DNA from: Octopus vulgaris
Lineage: Eukaryota
Assembly: GCA_951406725.2 (NCBI GenBank)
Contig: OX597822.1
Span: 101,680,001 to 101,744,000, forward strand
Length of the DNA stretch: 64,000 bases
Reading direction: 5' to 3'
Positions 14,055-28,210 of this stretch are shown here, piece by piece; position 1 is the first letter of the stretch, and the number at the start of each line of letters is the position of its first letter. Under the pieces are notes generated by a model that saw only the letters and a list, made by a program, of their open reading frames with translations, was not told the origin of the DNA and did no database searches. Both the position numbers and the translations under genes were made by a program.

Positions 14055-14800
14055 CAGAAGGAAATCAAAATTATATTTAAACAAATTATTACGTTTTTAA
14101 TGTGAAATGTCCTCATTGAAACTTATTAGTCAGTTTTGCTTTCACAATCCTTGTAATGAAATTTAAAATTGTATTACATATTCACACTCGATGAAAGTTG
14201 ATAACGAGAATAAGGATTTCTCAACTCACATAAGCCTGAAGAATGAATAAAGAAACAGAAACCTGTTCCGTTAAAGCAACGTTACATACGCAAAATCAAA
14301 AAAACTCAGAGCAGAATAGTTTGTTTTTTTTTCTATTATTTGCGAAAAGTACTTATTTTCTGATTTCCCCGAGATATTAAATAGAATATAACTTCTACGT
14401 TTTAAACGTGTTAAGCATTGATTGTACTACATTCTGGAAAAAAATATCTACAAGATGTTTAAAGCCATTACATTTGTCAATGATATACATTCTTGAGCTT
14501 TGTCAAAATTCAAAGGTAACAAATTAGTATGGTATTTTAAAAACCGTACTTTATTATCACAAGTGATATTCTATAGATGATATTCAATAGTGATATTCTA
14601 TAGATGACAAAGTATATATTTTAAAGCTCTACATACCGTGTGTATAGTTGCAGACACCTGTCTCTTAGTTTATAAAAGTTGGATGAACCATTCCATGTCT
14701 TTTATTTAAATTTATTATTTACTATTCAAAAAGACTTCGTTGTATGACATATAAAAACAAGGAAACTATGTTATATGTTAGCATATGCTACTACGTATTG

Positions 14801-14857
<57 letters not shown>

Positions 14858-14974
14858 CTGTAGTAGTAGTAGTAGTAGTAGTTGTTGTTGTTGTTGTTCC
14901 TGTTGTAAAGAACATTAGTAAAGAACGAAAGTTTGTTACATATTCCTAACAAATGCTATCTTAATATCTTCATA

Positions 14975-15139
14975 GGCGCAGGTGTGGCTGTGTGGTAAGT
15001 AGCTTGCTAACCAACCACATGGTTCCGGGTTCAGTCCCACTGCGTGGCATCTTGGGCAAGTGTCTTCTGCTATAGCCCCGGGCCGACCAATGCCTTGTGA
15101 GTGGATTTGGTAGACGGAAACTGAAAGATGCCTGTCGCA

Positions 15140-15188
<49 letters not shown>

Positions 15189-15392
15189 ATGTGTTTGTGT
15201 GTCTGTGTTTGTCCTCCTAGCATTGCTTGACAACCGATGCTGGTGTGTTTACGTCGCCGTCACTTAGCGGTTTGGCAAAAGAGACTGATAGAATAAGTCC
15301 TGGGGTCGATTTGCTCGACTAAAGGCGGTGCTCCAGCATAGCCGCAGTCAAATGACTGAAACAAGTAAAAGAGTAAAAGAGTAAAAAAAATA
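14975..15392 (+). mobile_element. Full-length SINE family A with a 19-bp TSD
   Basis: TSD CTATCTTAATATCTTCATA at 14956-14974 and 15393-15411. Confidence 0.95.
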
Positions 15393-15754
15393 CTATCTTA
15401 ATATCTTCATAAGTTTTTATTTTGGCCGATATTCAACTTTCTTGGTTAAAATAAAGTTTTGATTCTTTTATCTAAGTTAATTATGACTTCATCGGAGTGA
15501 ATTACTTTTCCGATGAAGGGTTTTACGCTTAATGACGGGAATCTTGTCCCTCCCTTACGACTCACGAGCTTTGTTTTATAGCTTTTCACCAGCACAGACC
15601 CTCCTTTGCTTATTCAAACTTTGGGTTTTATTTTATTCTTGTTATTTTGTTTTGGTTGAATATGATGAAAATATGAGGTCAGGCGTTATCAAACACATCA
15701 GCCAACACATATACAGTAAAGATTTGGTTCAAATTTTGGCCCAAGGATAGCATG

Positions 15755-16050
15755 AGGGACGACTACGTCCATTAAATTGCCTCCAATGTTCAACTGAAAC
15801 TTATGTTGTGGACCCGAAAGGATGAAAGTCAAAGTCGACCCCGGCGGAATCCGAACTCACGAAGTACAGACGGACGAAATACCATATTTTGTTTGATGTA
15901 CGTACTAATGACTCTGCCAGTTTGCCACCTACCAAATATAATCAGAAGGTTTTGACTGGACCAGTGCATTAGCAGAAGACACTTGCCCAATGTGCCATGT
16001 ACTGGGACTGAACCTGGAACCATGCAGTTTCGAATCAAGCTTCTTGTCAC
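15755..16050 (-). mobile_element. Degenerate family C SINE followed by the head of an old family A SINE
   Basis: Reverse complement of GTCGACTTTG..TTTCATCCTTTCGGG, then reverse complement of the GGTTCAGTCCCA head. Confidence 0.65.
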
Positions 16051-16246
16051 ACAGACACACCTATTCTTTCAGGAAAGTGCTCAAATATTTACCAAATAAG
16101 AATTTTAAACAAGTCATTACTTTCACAATATGTTTCAACACACGACTTCACATCAGGAATCTTGCAACTCAAATTCATTAACATAAAATACGCAGACAGC
16201 AAGCAGATGTATTAGTTTAACGCTTGGGAAGAAAGGAAAAGTTTTT

Positions 16247-16274
16247 GATGTTTCGTAACTATGCTCTTCGCCAG
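16247..16274 (-). ncRNA. Degenerate hammerhead motif, related to the 6021 copy
   Basis: Minus strand CTGGCGA-AGAGC-ata-GTTAC-GAAAC-ATC, with A6 mutated and stem II broken. Confidence 0.4.
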
Positions 16275-17061
16275 AAAGAATGTGTAGGGATTAACGGTTT
16301 CAACATGATGAAATGACCGGAAGAAAGAGGCTGAGTGAAAGGGAGATGATAGCAGTGACACGGCTGAACCAGGTTGCACAAGCGCTTAAGTGCATGTAAG
16401 AAGGGCTCATGCGAATGTGTGTGGGCGAGCTTAAAATTATGTGGGCATATGTATGCGTATGGGAGTGTGTGTATAAGTAACCTAGTGATGTGTGTTTCGT
16501 GTATTTGTATTGTGTGTGTGTGTCTGTGTGAACATATAGTGTACGTGTGTATTGTGTATGGCTATAAGGTACATATGTATAATACACATGCAAAACAATA
16601 CTACACATCGTCATATATATTGTAATGCATGCATACATAAATACATGTTGCATTTTTATTTGTTTGGTTTTTTTTTTTCGAAAACAAATATATATACACC
16701 TAAATAAATAAAAACATATGTAAACTGATGCTCTTATATCAGTTGCATACTGTGTATTTACACGATATTGCATCCTTCTGCCCATTGATTGAATATATAT
16801 ATATATTCAGTTGAATTCATATAATCATGTAATGGAAAGTATGAGAAGTCGTTGCTACTGCTACGGTCAAAGCATAGCCATCATGAATTGTTTCAGTTAA
16901 CTATATCTTACCACCGATGTATTGTAAGCAATGTAATTTTAGGTTATGATATACTGCACTTTGCTTCTTATAAAGTGTTATAATGCAAGACAATACACCG
17001 AAAAAAAATAATAAAATCCCAGCTTTTTGCAATTAGCTTCCAATTCATATATTAGATTCAA

Positions 17062-17439
17062 CTAGCAGTATGTAAGGGAAATAACTATATAAGCATTTTT
17101 AGAGATGTAAAGTATAATAGCCATCTCAATATGGCTAACCACAAAGGGGGGGGGGGTGTTACTGTAGCTTTTTACGTTCTGAGATTTAATAATAAATTTT
17201 TAGAGAGTTACTTCCCTTATATATGCCAAAAATGCATTAAAAATGAGAAAAATTGATGGGAATTTTTTTTTAAATCGTAGACTCATCGTAGACGCGCGCT
17301 AATACCCAGAAGGGCTCGGTATGAATCACGACTATAAGACACCCGGTTTTGGTTAAACTGCACCGCAAAATGTGGGAGTAGTTAGGAATCTAAATCGTAG
17401 GAGACAGACAGCACACAACCTCTCTTTTATATATAAAAA
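17062..17439 (-). mobile_element. Non-autonomous Helitron-like element, copy 1
   Basis: Homologous to 53978-54357. The minus strand ends in CTAG followed by T, and the 3' hairpin is deleted in this copy. Confidence 0.7.
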
Positions 17440-17736
17440 TATTTCAAGAACACAGTTGAATATATTATGCACTCATTTTCGGGGTTTCATTACTAAAAGT
17501 TCCACGCAAACTATGTACACCGAGTTTTTCTTTTATATTTTTACCGAAATTACAAAAATATGAACACTTATTTTACCTTAAACGATGCAATGTAGGTATT
17601 ACTTGTACATTAAATCTCCCTCTCTATAGTACTTATACAAACACACACACATGCGTGCACGCGTACAAATACATGCACCCTCAACAGTCATGATGTTATA
17701 GCTATTTTTTAAGCGATGTGTATGTTTATATATATG

Positions 17737-17842
17737 TGACTGACCAGGCTATCAGATGTTGCTACACATCGCTGGTCACAATGCTTTTCGCATTGTTTTA
17801 GCATTTAAATAACGCCATTCCGCTGGCTAAGCGAGCAGGCCA
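17737..17842 (-). mobile_element. 3' fragment of SINE family B
   Basis: Reverse complement of GCATTGTGACCAGCGATGTGTAGCAACATCTGATAGCCTGGTC. Confidence 0.8.
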
Positions 17843-18271
17843 TAAAAAGACGGAAGAAATACCACAAGGCATTTTGTTCGATGCCCTATCGATTCTGCGT
17901 ATATATATATATATATTCTTTGATTATCTTACTTGTTTCAGTCATCTGAGCAAAAATCATTCGAATGTTTACATTCGAAATAAGACGTAACTTTTGTTAA
18001 TACCATCTATGGCAACTATTATAAATCCATTAGCCCTCTGGCTTGTCTTGCGGCAAAAACCAGCAACGCATGGTGCAAAATATTTAAGAGCAAAAAACAT
18101 TCCAATGTTTACGTTCGAAATAAAATATTACCATTGTTAATACCATCTATGGCAAATAGTTTTGAATTTATAATATTAACAGCAGTAAGCTACAAAATAT
18201 AAAATTACCATGAGGCCTTAAGGTTGCAGTGAACATCAACCTATTTAGAAATGAGAACTAAGGTCTCAATT

Positions 18272-18310
<39 letters not shown>

Positions 18311-18312
<2 letters not shown>

Positions 18313-18515
18313 TGTAGGAGTGGCTGTGTGGTAAGTAGCTAGCTTACCAACCACATGGTCCCGGGTTCAGTCCCACTGCGTGGCACCTTGAGGAAAGTGT
18401 CTTCTACAATAGCCTCGGGCCGACCAAAGCCTTGTGAGTGGATTTGGTAGATGGAAACTGAAAGAAGCCCATCAACTATAAGTATATATATGTATGTGTG
18501 TGTTTGTGCGTCTGC
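18311..18515 (+). mobile_element. 5' half of SINE family A
   Basis: Head and body up to the central microsatellite, followed by unrelated sequence. Confidence 0.85.
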
Positions 18516-18851
18516 GTGGCATTTCAAATTTAGTGGGTTTTCGCATTGCCTACTGGAGGGTTTTTTCCCAAATTGGAATTATTCTCTGTTCGCTTTATAT
18601 TGAAGATGACTGATTCCTTCTCGGCATGTGACTACAGGATACACGTCATTGACAAGCCCCAAGAAAGGCGATGCGCAGCTGTTGTTCGTGTGAATCACCC
18701 CCAGCACGACCTTCGTCTCGTTTCGAAGCACACTATGTCTTCAACACAGTGTGTCCATGAAGAGATTTTATGTCAGACCGTAATCACAGCATCATACTTG
18801 TCAGTGGAGTACATACGCTGTATATGATTTACTGATGACATATACATACAT

Positions 18852-19145
18852 GTGGAGGCGCAATGGCCTAGTGGTTAGGGCAGCGGACTCGCGGTCATAG
18901 GATCGCGGTTTCGATTCCCAGACTGGGCGTTGTGAGTGTTTATTGAGCGAAAACACCTAAAGAAGCTCCACGATGCTCCGGCAGGGGGTGGTGATCCCTG
19001 ATGTACTCTTTCACCACTCTTTCTCCCACTCTTTCTTCTGTTGGCCTGCTCACTTAGCCAGCGGGGCAGCGTCATTCGAAGGCTAAAACAATGCGAACGC
19101 ATTGTGACCAGCGATGTGTAACAACATCTGATGGACTGGTCGGTA
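18852..19145 (+). mobile_element. Full-length tRNA-derived SINE family B
   Basis: A-box TGGCCTAGTGG, B-box-like GTTTCGATTCC, pyrimidine-rich centre and tail GTGACCAGCGATGTGTAACAACATCTGAT. Matching copies at 31693, 59459 and 63945. Confidence 0.9.
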
Positions 19146-20984
19146 TGCATACATACATACGTATGTGTGTGTGTGTGTGTGTGTTTACGTAAATGTATAT
19201 GTGCATTCATGCGAGTGTGCGTTTGTGCGAGTGTATATATGTATGCACATATATTAGTACGCATCATTTCTGTTCGTCTGCCTGTCTGCGTCAATCAAAC
19301 GTTTAATTTCTCAAATACGTGATTCTACACTGAAACAAATAAAAGTCACATAAATTAGAGACAAAGTTATTAACACGTTTGATCTTCTTCTTCGTAATTC
19401 GATTCTTGATTCAAGCCCTTTTGACAAACAATATGCCCCGTGTAGGAAAGGTTTCACTACGACAAAATAATCAATATATTTCCCTATAATACAGTTACTG
19501 CTATTGTAATAGGCGGTTACTATTTTACTTACACTGCTAATGACAAAAGCATGAAAATCACTTAACCTCATACTGCCTCTCCATATCTTTCAGTATGTTT
19601 GCTTACATAGGAACATATATTCAATGTGATTTGTTATATAGGAATAATGTCCAGTATTTGAATTGATGCCAGCCAGACCTTTCCTCTTTCTTCTTTCTCA
19701 CAAAGAGTCATGCTTGAAACGTCACACACCCTCTCTTTGTACCATCTTAAACTGAGTGTCAACATAATAATAATTCACTGTATACGTCCTATTGGCCTTT
19801 GTTGTTTCCTTTTGCTTATCGGTTTGCCAACATATATAATTTGATTTGGCAAGTATAGACGCAGTCGTATGCCTTTGATAAGCTTTAGATTACTCGAGAA
19901 ATATACAGAATTATCTAACTAAATACCATTTAATGAAAGCGAAGTTGTTTCTTTTTAATCAATTTATGCTTCAATGTTTATTTGCAATATCTTTCGGAAA
20001 CAAAAATGTTACAATCATATTAATCAGACAATTCCGTGTCTTTAACACAATGTCGGAAATGTTTGAACATCCGATAAGAGAAGTGAATGGATTTAAAGAA
20101 TAAAGCGTTAATGGTAGTCTCTAAACAACATTAGTAGGGAAGATAACAAAATTTGTCAGTGACATTTCGGCAGAAAACTGGAATCTTCTATTGAAATTGC
20201 TGTGTAAAATTGTGCAAAATAAATTAAAACAAAATTAAATACAGGGTCAATTAATTTTAAAGTCGTAATTTAGTTTTTCAAAATAAACATTATTAATGTC
20301 TGCCAAAGCATAAAACTGACAACGTAATTTTATTCTTGTTCTTAAGACCTTTCAATAGTTTGTGGCTATTTTATTATAGCTTGCTAGTGTTAATGAATTG
20401 GTTTTCCTATAGACAGAATGACAACAAATGTGGGTTGTTTGAATAGATTATATTGCTAGTTTATTGTCTTTATTAACGGTGTTAACATTTAATTGGATTG
20501 TATGTCACTACTATTTCGTTTAAGCTTGTTTATCGAACTGACGTACCTGTGTAAGAGACCTACAAGTACGTTTATAAATGGAACAATTATTGGGTGGAAA
20601 TTACAGTCCTTTCATCCGCCATTACTGCTGCCGCTGTTGTTCTTCTTCTTGTTGTTTAGCCCTGGGTTAGCTCAAATGAATCGAACATATGCTAAGAGCG
20701 ATTCTATCAGTTCCTATCCTACCTTTCTTCTTGCTTTTCCGACATAACGTACATTATCCGATGTTCGCTTGATTCAGGTAGCATTCCTAGTATGTGTAGC
20801 AACTATGTCGGTGTTCACCTGTTTAATAACTATAATGAATATACAATTATACGCCACAAACTATAATTATACTCCACAGACATCTATTAGAACCCAATAT
20901 TACACCTATAAATATATAGTATTGAATTTATCAGATAAACTTGGAAACATAACCACCAATAAAATATATGTATATCTATATATG

Positions 20985-21256
20985 ATGGCCCCTCCTGTCG
21001 AAGATGACGGATGCGCGTTCAGCTTTTGTCAGATGACGTGCACAGAGGATTTGTTTATAGTAACCAAATGTTCGTGTCACACATTAGCTCGCTCAAATTG
21101 ACGTTGCTTGGACAGGTGTACGGTGTAACACGCGTCAGGTGTCGAAGTGATTACATAGCAACGTGAGAGGAAGTGTTTTGCTCAAGAACACAACGTACCA
21201 CCCGGTCTAGGAATTGAAATCACAATCTAACGATCGCGAGTGCAACGCCCTAACCA
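20985..21256 (-). mobile_element. Old tRNA/CORE-like SINE related to the family B head
   Basis: Minus strand GGTTAGGGCGTTGCACTCGCGATCG...GTTGTGTTCTTGAGCAAAACACTT. A similar remnant lies at about 48340-48520 (+). Confidence 0.6.
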
Positions 21257-22225
21257 AAAATCCGTAAATACACACACACACACACATTTACACACACACT
21301 CACACGCACACACACACAAATGCATAACCATTAAGGCTATCCATTTAAACGCAGTCTTTTTTATTGTTGAGAAAATTACCATTGAATAACGGGCGTATCT
21401 CCTGCAGAATCTATTGTAAACAAGGTATTTTTCAAGATAAATCGTTATCATAATTGCTGCATTATTCTACGTCTCTTACCAATCTTGTTAGTTTGTAGAA
21501 AAGATGCGAGACAGTAGAAACGAATTGTAAACAGAACCAACACCTAAAGGTATACAAAATAACATAGATATATATTTGGTATATATGTGTTTCAGATGAT
21601 ATTAAAACATTAAATCAATACGTGAGTACGCAGGCCCTATAACCATGAAGATAAAAATGAAACGATCGAAGCGACATATATTTAGAATGATATATCTGAA
21701 AGAAAAGTGTCGCATAAATAGACGTATGATTGGAGGAAATCATATATATAAATACGATGGAAATAAATTGATATAGAAATTCTTTAAAATGTGTCTGTTT
21801 CGAAAACTTAAAAGAGAAAAAGCTGCCCCAGAAATCAAAGGTGAACAACCGCCATTTGGTTTTCTTTAAAGAATAAAATTGATGCGAGACGAAATATATT
21901 CCTGAACACTGTAACACACAGACACAGACGCGCGCGCACACACACGCACACATACACACACACACACACCACAAATAGCCTTATATCCTTTACACAATAG
22001 ATGGGTACATCCGCAATTGTACACGTATATATGTGTGTATGAGTGTACGACGTGTACGTGTGTGTGTATGTGTGTGCATGAGCATTCATGTTTGTGTACA
22101 TATACATATACAGACGCGTATTTACACACACATATATACGTATACCCTTGTAAGATATTCATACAATATAAGTGTGTGTGTGTGTGTGTACGTATATATG
22201 TATGCAATGCATGTGTTCTTATATA

Positions 22226-22593
<368 letters not shown>

Positions 22594-23049
22594 TGTATGC
22601 AATGAGAGAGAGGAGAGACATTGAAATGTTGAAGACACACGAATGAGAGGGGAAAACGAAGAAAAACAAAGCAATTTATCGTATGCTCTTTGAACGCCAC
22701 AGAGCTTTGGCTCAGGTGTTCCATAGTGAGACTGGAATCAAATGAATCTACCGTGGGAGTAAATATTATTTATGGACATTTCTTTCTGTCCGAAGTCATC
22801 AACAAAGGCATTGAGAAACGTATAAACACCTGAATAACTATTGAATAAATAATTCATTATGTTTATAGATATTTCTAAAGTTGTATACGTCTAACATCCA
22901 TTTACACACACACGCGCGAGCGCACACACATATACACTTAAACAAACTTCTACACACATCAACATATAGCATGTATGTATGTGTGCACATGAATCTATAC
23001 TATAGACGTTTAGAGATTGGGAGAGAGCATGAATGTATATGTATGTATG

Positions 23050-23106
<57 letters not shown>

Positions 23107-23179
23107 GTATATATATATGTATGTATATATATAAACGAGAAAAAAGACACAAAAGAACGCGAGGGTGTGATACATGCAC

Positions 23180-23259
<80 letters not shown>

Positions 23260-23265
23260 TATATG

Positions 23266-23376
<111 letters not shown>

Positions 23377-24899
23377 CATATATATATATTGGTAAATACG
23401 TGTTGGGGTGATGTGTGTATGCAACGCTTTATTCTTTTAGTATTTCAATCGCCCACCACACAGAATAACATTTTTTTTTCTTTTTGCCAAGCACAAATCT
23501 ATCATATTTGCAGGGGAAAAAAATTCGAATGTCCGGAATTCCATGTGGAGCGTATAAAAAAACAGTTTCACTTAATGGTTAAATATGCTTCAATTGATAG
23601 TTTAAAGTGCATCACTGGCTAACAACAACTTGATCTACATCATTCGATATAACATGTTGATAATACTTACGTCGAGGCATCTATAGTTCTCTTCTATTTC
23701 AAGTGAATTATCCATATATGTTATTTTTTGTTAGAAAGCAAAATACATTTGGAAAACTATACTGAAGCCCCATGTGTCTGTGTGTTTATACCTTCATATA
23801 GATCACTAGTCGTAAAGCATTTTCCTTGCTCGTGGCCAACGTTTGAACTTATCTTCCAGCTGTGCATAGAAGCTTAGTTAAACATATACGCATATATTAT
23901 CATTTACAACGTATTTTTACCAGTTGTGTCATATAACAACAAAGATATGTTACAAAAACCTGTAGCGATTTTTGACATGCTTCAAAGAGTTGTCCAAATA
24001 TAAATAATTCCTCAGTCCGTTGATTGCTGTTTCAAATTTGCTTTCAAATTTCACAGAGAAAATCCTTGTTTAATTTATATTTGAATGTCAATAAATTTCG
24101 TTAGATAAAGGTGTAACGAAATTTTAATTCTGTTTTACTTTTTATTTATTTATTTCTTTTTTTTTCTTTTTTGCTTCTATTTAGAAATCAAAGAAAATTA
24201 CTACTATTCCTTTCAAAGTTTGATTTTGTGACCTGGACATCAGTGTTTTGAGACTGACTTATTTCCATTACATTTCAGAATGTCCGCGCTGAGTTGCTGC
24301 GACAAAAATATTGATATAGCAAATATTCTGCTTAATACCACAGATTTGCTTGTTAGTTGCTTGTCCTTAGTCTGTCGAGCATATTCTTTAGTGACTGACA
24401 AAATATGCATCTTAGACCATGAGCAAGAGTAGTGGCGGAAGCATCATGGTTATGTGATGACAGGGATTCCTTGGGGTTTGAATAAATGTAACAAATGCAA
24501 AATTTCAAGGAAATATTAGCCATTTTTCATACTTTGTATGGGTAAGCGAATAGGAAATAACAGTTGCTACCCAAGGTCAAAATTCGTGTTACACAGTGTA
24601 ATTGTAATAATATTCCATGTTATCTCCTGGTAACAGTTAATCCAAACAAGAACACCTCCGTCGAAGTTTTTGTTTTTCTTTCTGTAGATTCGGAGGATCT
24701 AAATTTTATGGTTATACTACGAATGGGGTAAGTTTTGTCACAGGGAACTAAACTCATCCCTGAAAACTAACTCCGTTCTACTGATGAAAAATTGTTGCAA
24801 GGATCTGGAAATATATGAAAGAGGACATTGGAATTTTAATGTCAAATTGTGAAGAGGACATAGAAATATTAATGTCAAATTGTGAAAGCTCAAGAACGT

Positions 24900-25835
24900 A
24901 TAAAACTAAAGATCAAGACGATTTATAAGCTATACTTTGACTGTCCTCTTGGATATCATGACAAGTTATAGGTACCACATTTTATCGGCTCAGCTTGCTG
25001 AAATGGCTTACGTGACTGGTTCTGTAATAATAAGAAGTCCATGCCTTTTGCCATTCCAATGACATGGAGGGAGCCGAAAGACCTTTTTTAATGACTGTTA
25101 TTTTGGCAAAGTAAATGTTAAAGGATTTTCTATGACGAATAAACACAAAACTGTATCCCTGTTTGGGTTCTGCAATGGGACCTGTGCCTCACAATGGAAG
25201 CCTGCCAATTGCAGTTCCACCAGATTATGGTATTGAAACATCAGATGATGCTGAGTGTAACGATAGTGATGATGAAGACCACGTGGCTGATGACGATAGT
25301 TTTGAACCTCAGAAAATTTCCTAAGCTGAACTGAATGACCTTGTCACAGACCTATCCCTCTCAAAAGATAAAGCACAACTTTTGACATCAAGACTGAAGG
25401 AGAAGTATCTTCTAGAGCACGATGTTCGTATAACATTTTTTCGGCAGACAAATGTGTTTCAAAAAACGTGTTTTTTTCTGCTTTACTTTTGCAGTAACAT
25501 CGAAGGACTTTTCGAATGTTTATCACAAAATCATGATCCTGTTGAGTGGTGTTTGTTTATTGACGCTTCAAAACGAAGTTTAAAAGCTGTATTTTTCTCC
25601 ATAATGGTAATTTAAAGCCCTCCATTCCTATTGCACACTCCGTTCATCTTCATGAATCATATGAGAATATGAAAGTTTTACTTAATGTCATTGCCTCGTG
25701 GAAAATACTCATGAAAAATATGTGGAGATATGAAAGGCATTGGAATGTTAATGGGAATGCTGTCAGGTTTCACAAAATACTGCTGTTTCTTTATGCCTAT
25801 GGGATAGTCGGGCAACTGACAGACATTACATAGAA
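24900..25835 (+). mobile_element. Decayed Chapaev-type (CMC superfamily) DNA transposase fragment
   Basis: Manual translation across frameshifts gives MPFAIPMTWREPKD..NDCYF, SAMGPVPH..LPIAVPP, ELNDLVTDLSLSKDKAQLLTSRLKE, EWCLFIDASKRSLKAV.LHNGN..PSIPIAHS, ICGDMK and TKYCCFLCLWDSRA..HY. Confidence 0.8.
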
Positions 25836-26102
25836 GGGGACATATATGTGATCCGTGATATTTAAAAGATTGTTGTTTCCTGCCATTATGGCCGAATCAA
25901 AGGTATATTTGGTTAGATAGGAAGTGAGTGCTGAAGAATAGAGTTAATATTCTGTTTGTAGACGATTGAAGAAGTGAGAAGCAGAGACGAGCAGATCGGA
26001 AGGTACAAAAAGATTAGTCAGAAAATGTAATTGTGAAATACCGGTTGATCTGTTTATCCAATGCGTGGTACTAAGAGATTCAATTTACATACACACAGAT
26101 AG

Positions 26103-26136
<34 letters not shown>

Positions 26137-26139
26137 GCA

Positions 26140-26190
<51 letters not shown>

Positions 26191-26748
26191 GCACGCACAC
26201 ATAGATTAATGCATAGATACATACTTCTCACATACATATACTCACACATAGACAAACATACGTACACGAAGGTACACAATACACTTACACATATACACGA
26301 ACACATATAAATGTGTGTGCGTGTGTGCGTATGTGTGTGTGTGTGTATGTGTGTGTGTGTGTGTGTGTGTGCGTGTGTGTGCGCGCGCGTGTGTGTGAGA
26401 CAATGAATTTAATAGCAAATTGACATTAGACATCTGTTCAGCAATTCTGTTTTTTGTTAAAAGTTACCGTCTGATTATTTGAAAGATGCATTTAATACAT
26501 CATTAGAATACATTTATAATTTACTCAGATGTAGGACATCAATCGCTGCTATTTTCCAGCCTTGAATTGGATCCCCCCCATCCCCAACCCCCGAGGTACA
26601 TACATATGCAAATATATGTGTGTTTACGTATATTTGCATTAGAGAGATGAGAGAAAGCGAGAGATGGAGGAACAACTTAATATATACAACTATACGTATC
26701 TGTTTGTATGTACGTATGTGTATATATGTACGCACATATATATTTACG

Positions 26749-26830
<82 letters not shown>

Positions 26831-26849
26831 TAGATGGATGGATGGATAA

Positions 26850-26889
<40 letters not shown>

Positions 26890-26946
26890 ATAGATACACA
26901 TATACATATTACACATATATATACACATATATATGTATGTGTGTGA

Positions 26947-26994
<48 letters not shown>

Positions 26995-27229
26995 ATGTGT
27001 CCTTGATTGTGTTTTTGTGTGCGTGTATGAGTGTGTGCTTGTATATGATCTGAAATTTGAATAGACCATGATGAACTGTTGTTTAAAATATCTTATGCTT
27101 AGCTGTTTACAAATCTGATAAAGCTTTGAAGGATATCATGAATAACCTTACGTTAAAGATGACGTCCATTTTGTCTATTATCAAAATGGACGTCATCTTA
27201 TGTCAACAAATATTCGACAACAGCTGATT

Positions 27230-27653
27230 CTCCTGTCGCCAGATGACGGTGGGGCGGTTTGATAATATTTACGGGAGAGAGAGATGTTTGAGGCTGTTCG
27301 GGTTCTCCGGCGTGTTGGAGTTGTAACTGATGTTGTTACTATTATTTCTACCATTGACCATACTACAAGCTAACCACTCCCAGTGGTATGTTGTACTCTA
27401 GTATATCTCACTAAACTGACCTCTCACAACAACCTATTCCGTTTCAGTATCTTCGTGCATGTTGACCTCTCCTAACTAGATGTACCTCTACACAAGAGTT
27501 AGCTCGCTTTCTCAAATTGCTCTACAAAGCTGACAACTAACCAGTATTCAGTATGGTTACCAGTACTTCTTAGTATTCCATTATGGCGCATTGATCCATA
27601 TACAGGCTATCGATGAGCGGATGATTCACGTATTATTTTTGCCTGTAGTTACA
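27230..27653 (-). mobile_element. Possible LTR with primer-binding site
   Basis: The minus strand starts TGTAAC (27653) and ends CA (27244), followed by TC and TGGCGACAGGA, which resembles a tRNA-Ser-type PBS. No internal coding sequence or second LTR was seen. Confidence 0.3.
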
Positions 27654-27674
27654 CCTTAGACTCGGACTTTCAGT

Positions 27675-27812
27675 TCAAATTCTACCTAGGTCGACTTTGC
27701 CTTTCATCCTTTCGGGGTCGATAAATTAAGTACCAGTTGCGAACTGGGGTCGATCTAATCGTCTGACTTCCTCCCTCAAAATTTTGGGTCTTTTGCCTAG
27801 AGTAGAAAAGAA
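27675..27812 (+). mobile_element. 3' part of SINE family C
   Basis: GGTCGACTTTGCCTTTCATCCTTTCGGGGTCGATAAATTAAGTACCAGTTG...CTAGAGTAGAAAAGAAT. Confidence 0.85.
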
Positions 27813-28210
27813 TATATTTGTGTGACATGTCATGGTAGGACCCAGATGTATGCGTCGCACATATTTCGACATGGTTTTTGAAGTATCCTAAAAACAAGGT
27901 ATGGAATAAATTAAATGCTTAGTGTGACTCTACTCAATTCATTTCAGCTTAGCAAAGCTATGATCGCATCACTACATTTATCATTTGCTACTTAAATGCG
28001 AAAAATGAAGTTTTAAGGGAAATGTGAATAACATACTCGATTACTGTAGCTAATGAAGTTTAAGGATGCAGAACCCCATGTCCTACGGTCCGATGACATC
28101 ATTCGTAGCCCACTGGTGTATATTTCATACACATTATCTATGAGTAGAATTTCTCTCCTGAGACGATTTCCGCAGTGAAACTTTTTCCTCATTTCAAGGT
28201 TTAGTATAAA

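Noticed and set aside
18517-18827. GC-richer segment with a 93-aa ORF
   Set aside because: I recognised no domain or splice context in the frames I translated. It is probably an unclassified repeat fragment.
18852-18925. tRNA gene-like sequence (also at 28400-28475, 31935-32005 and 63945)
   Set aside because: These are SINE heads continuous with SINE bodies, and I could not fold a complete cloverleaf with an acceptor stem.
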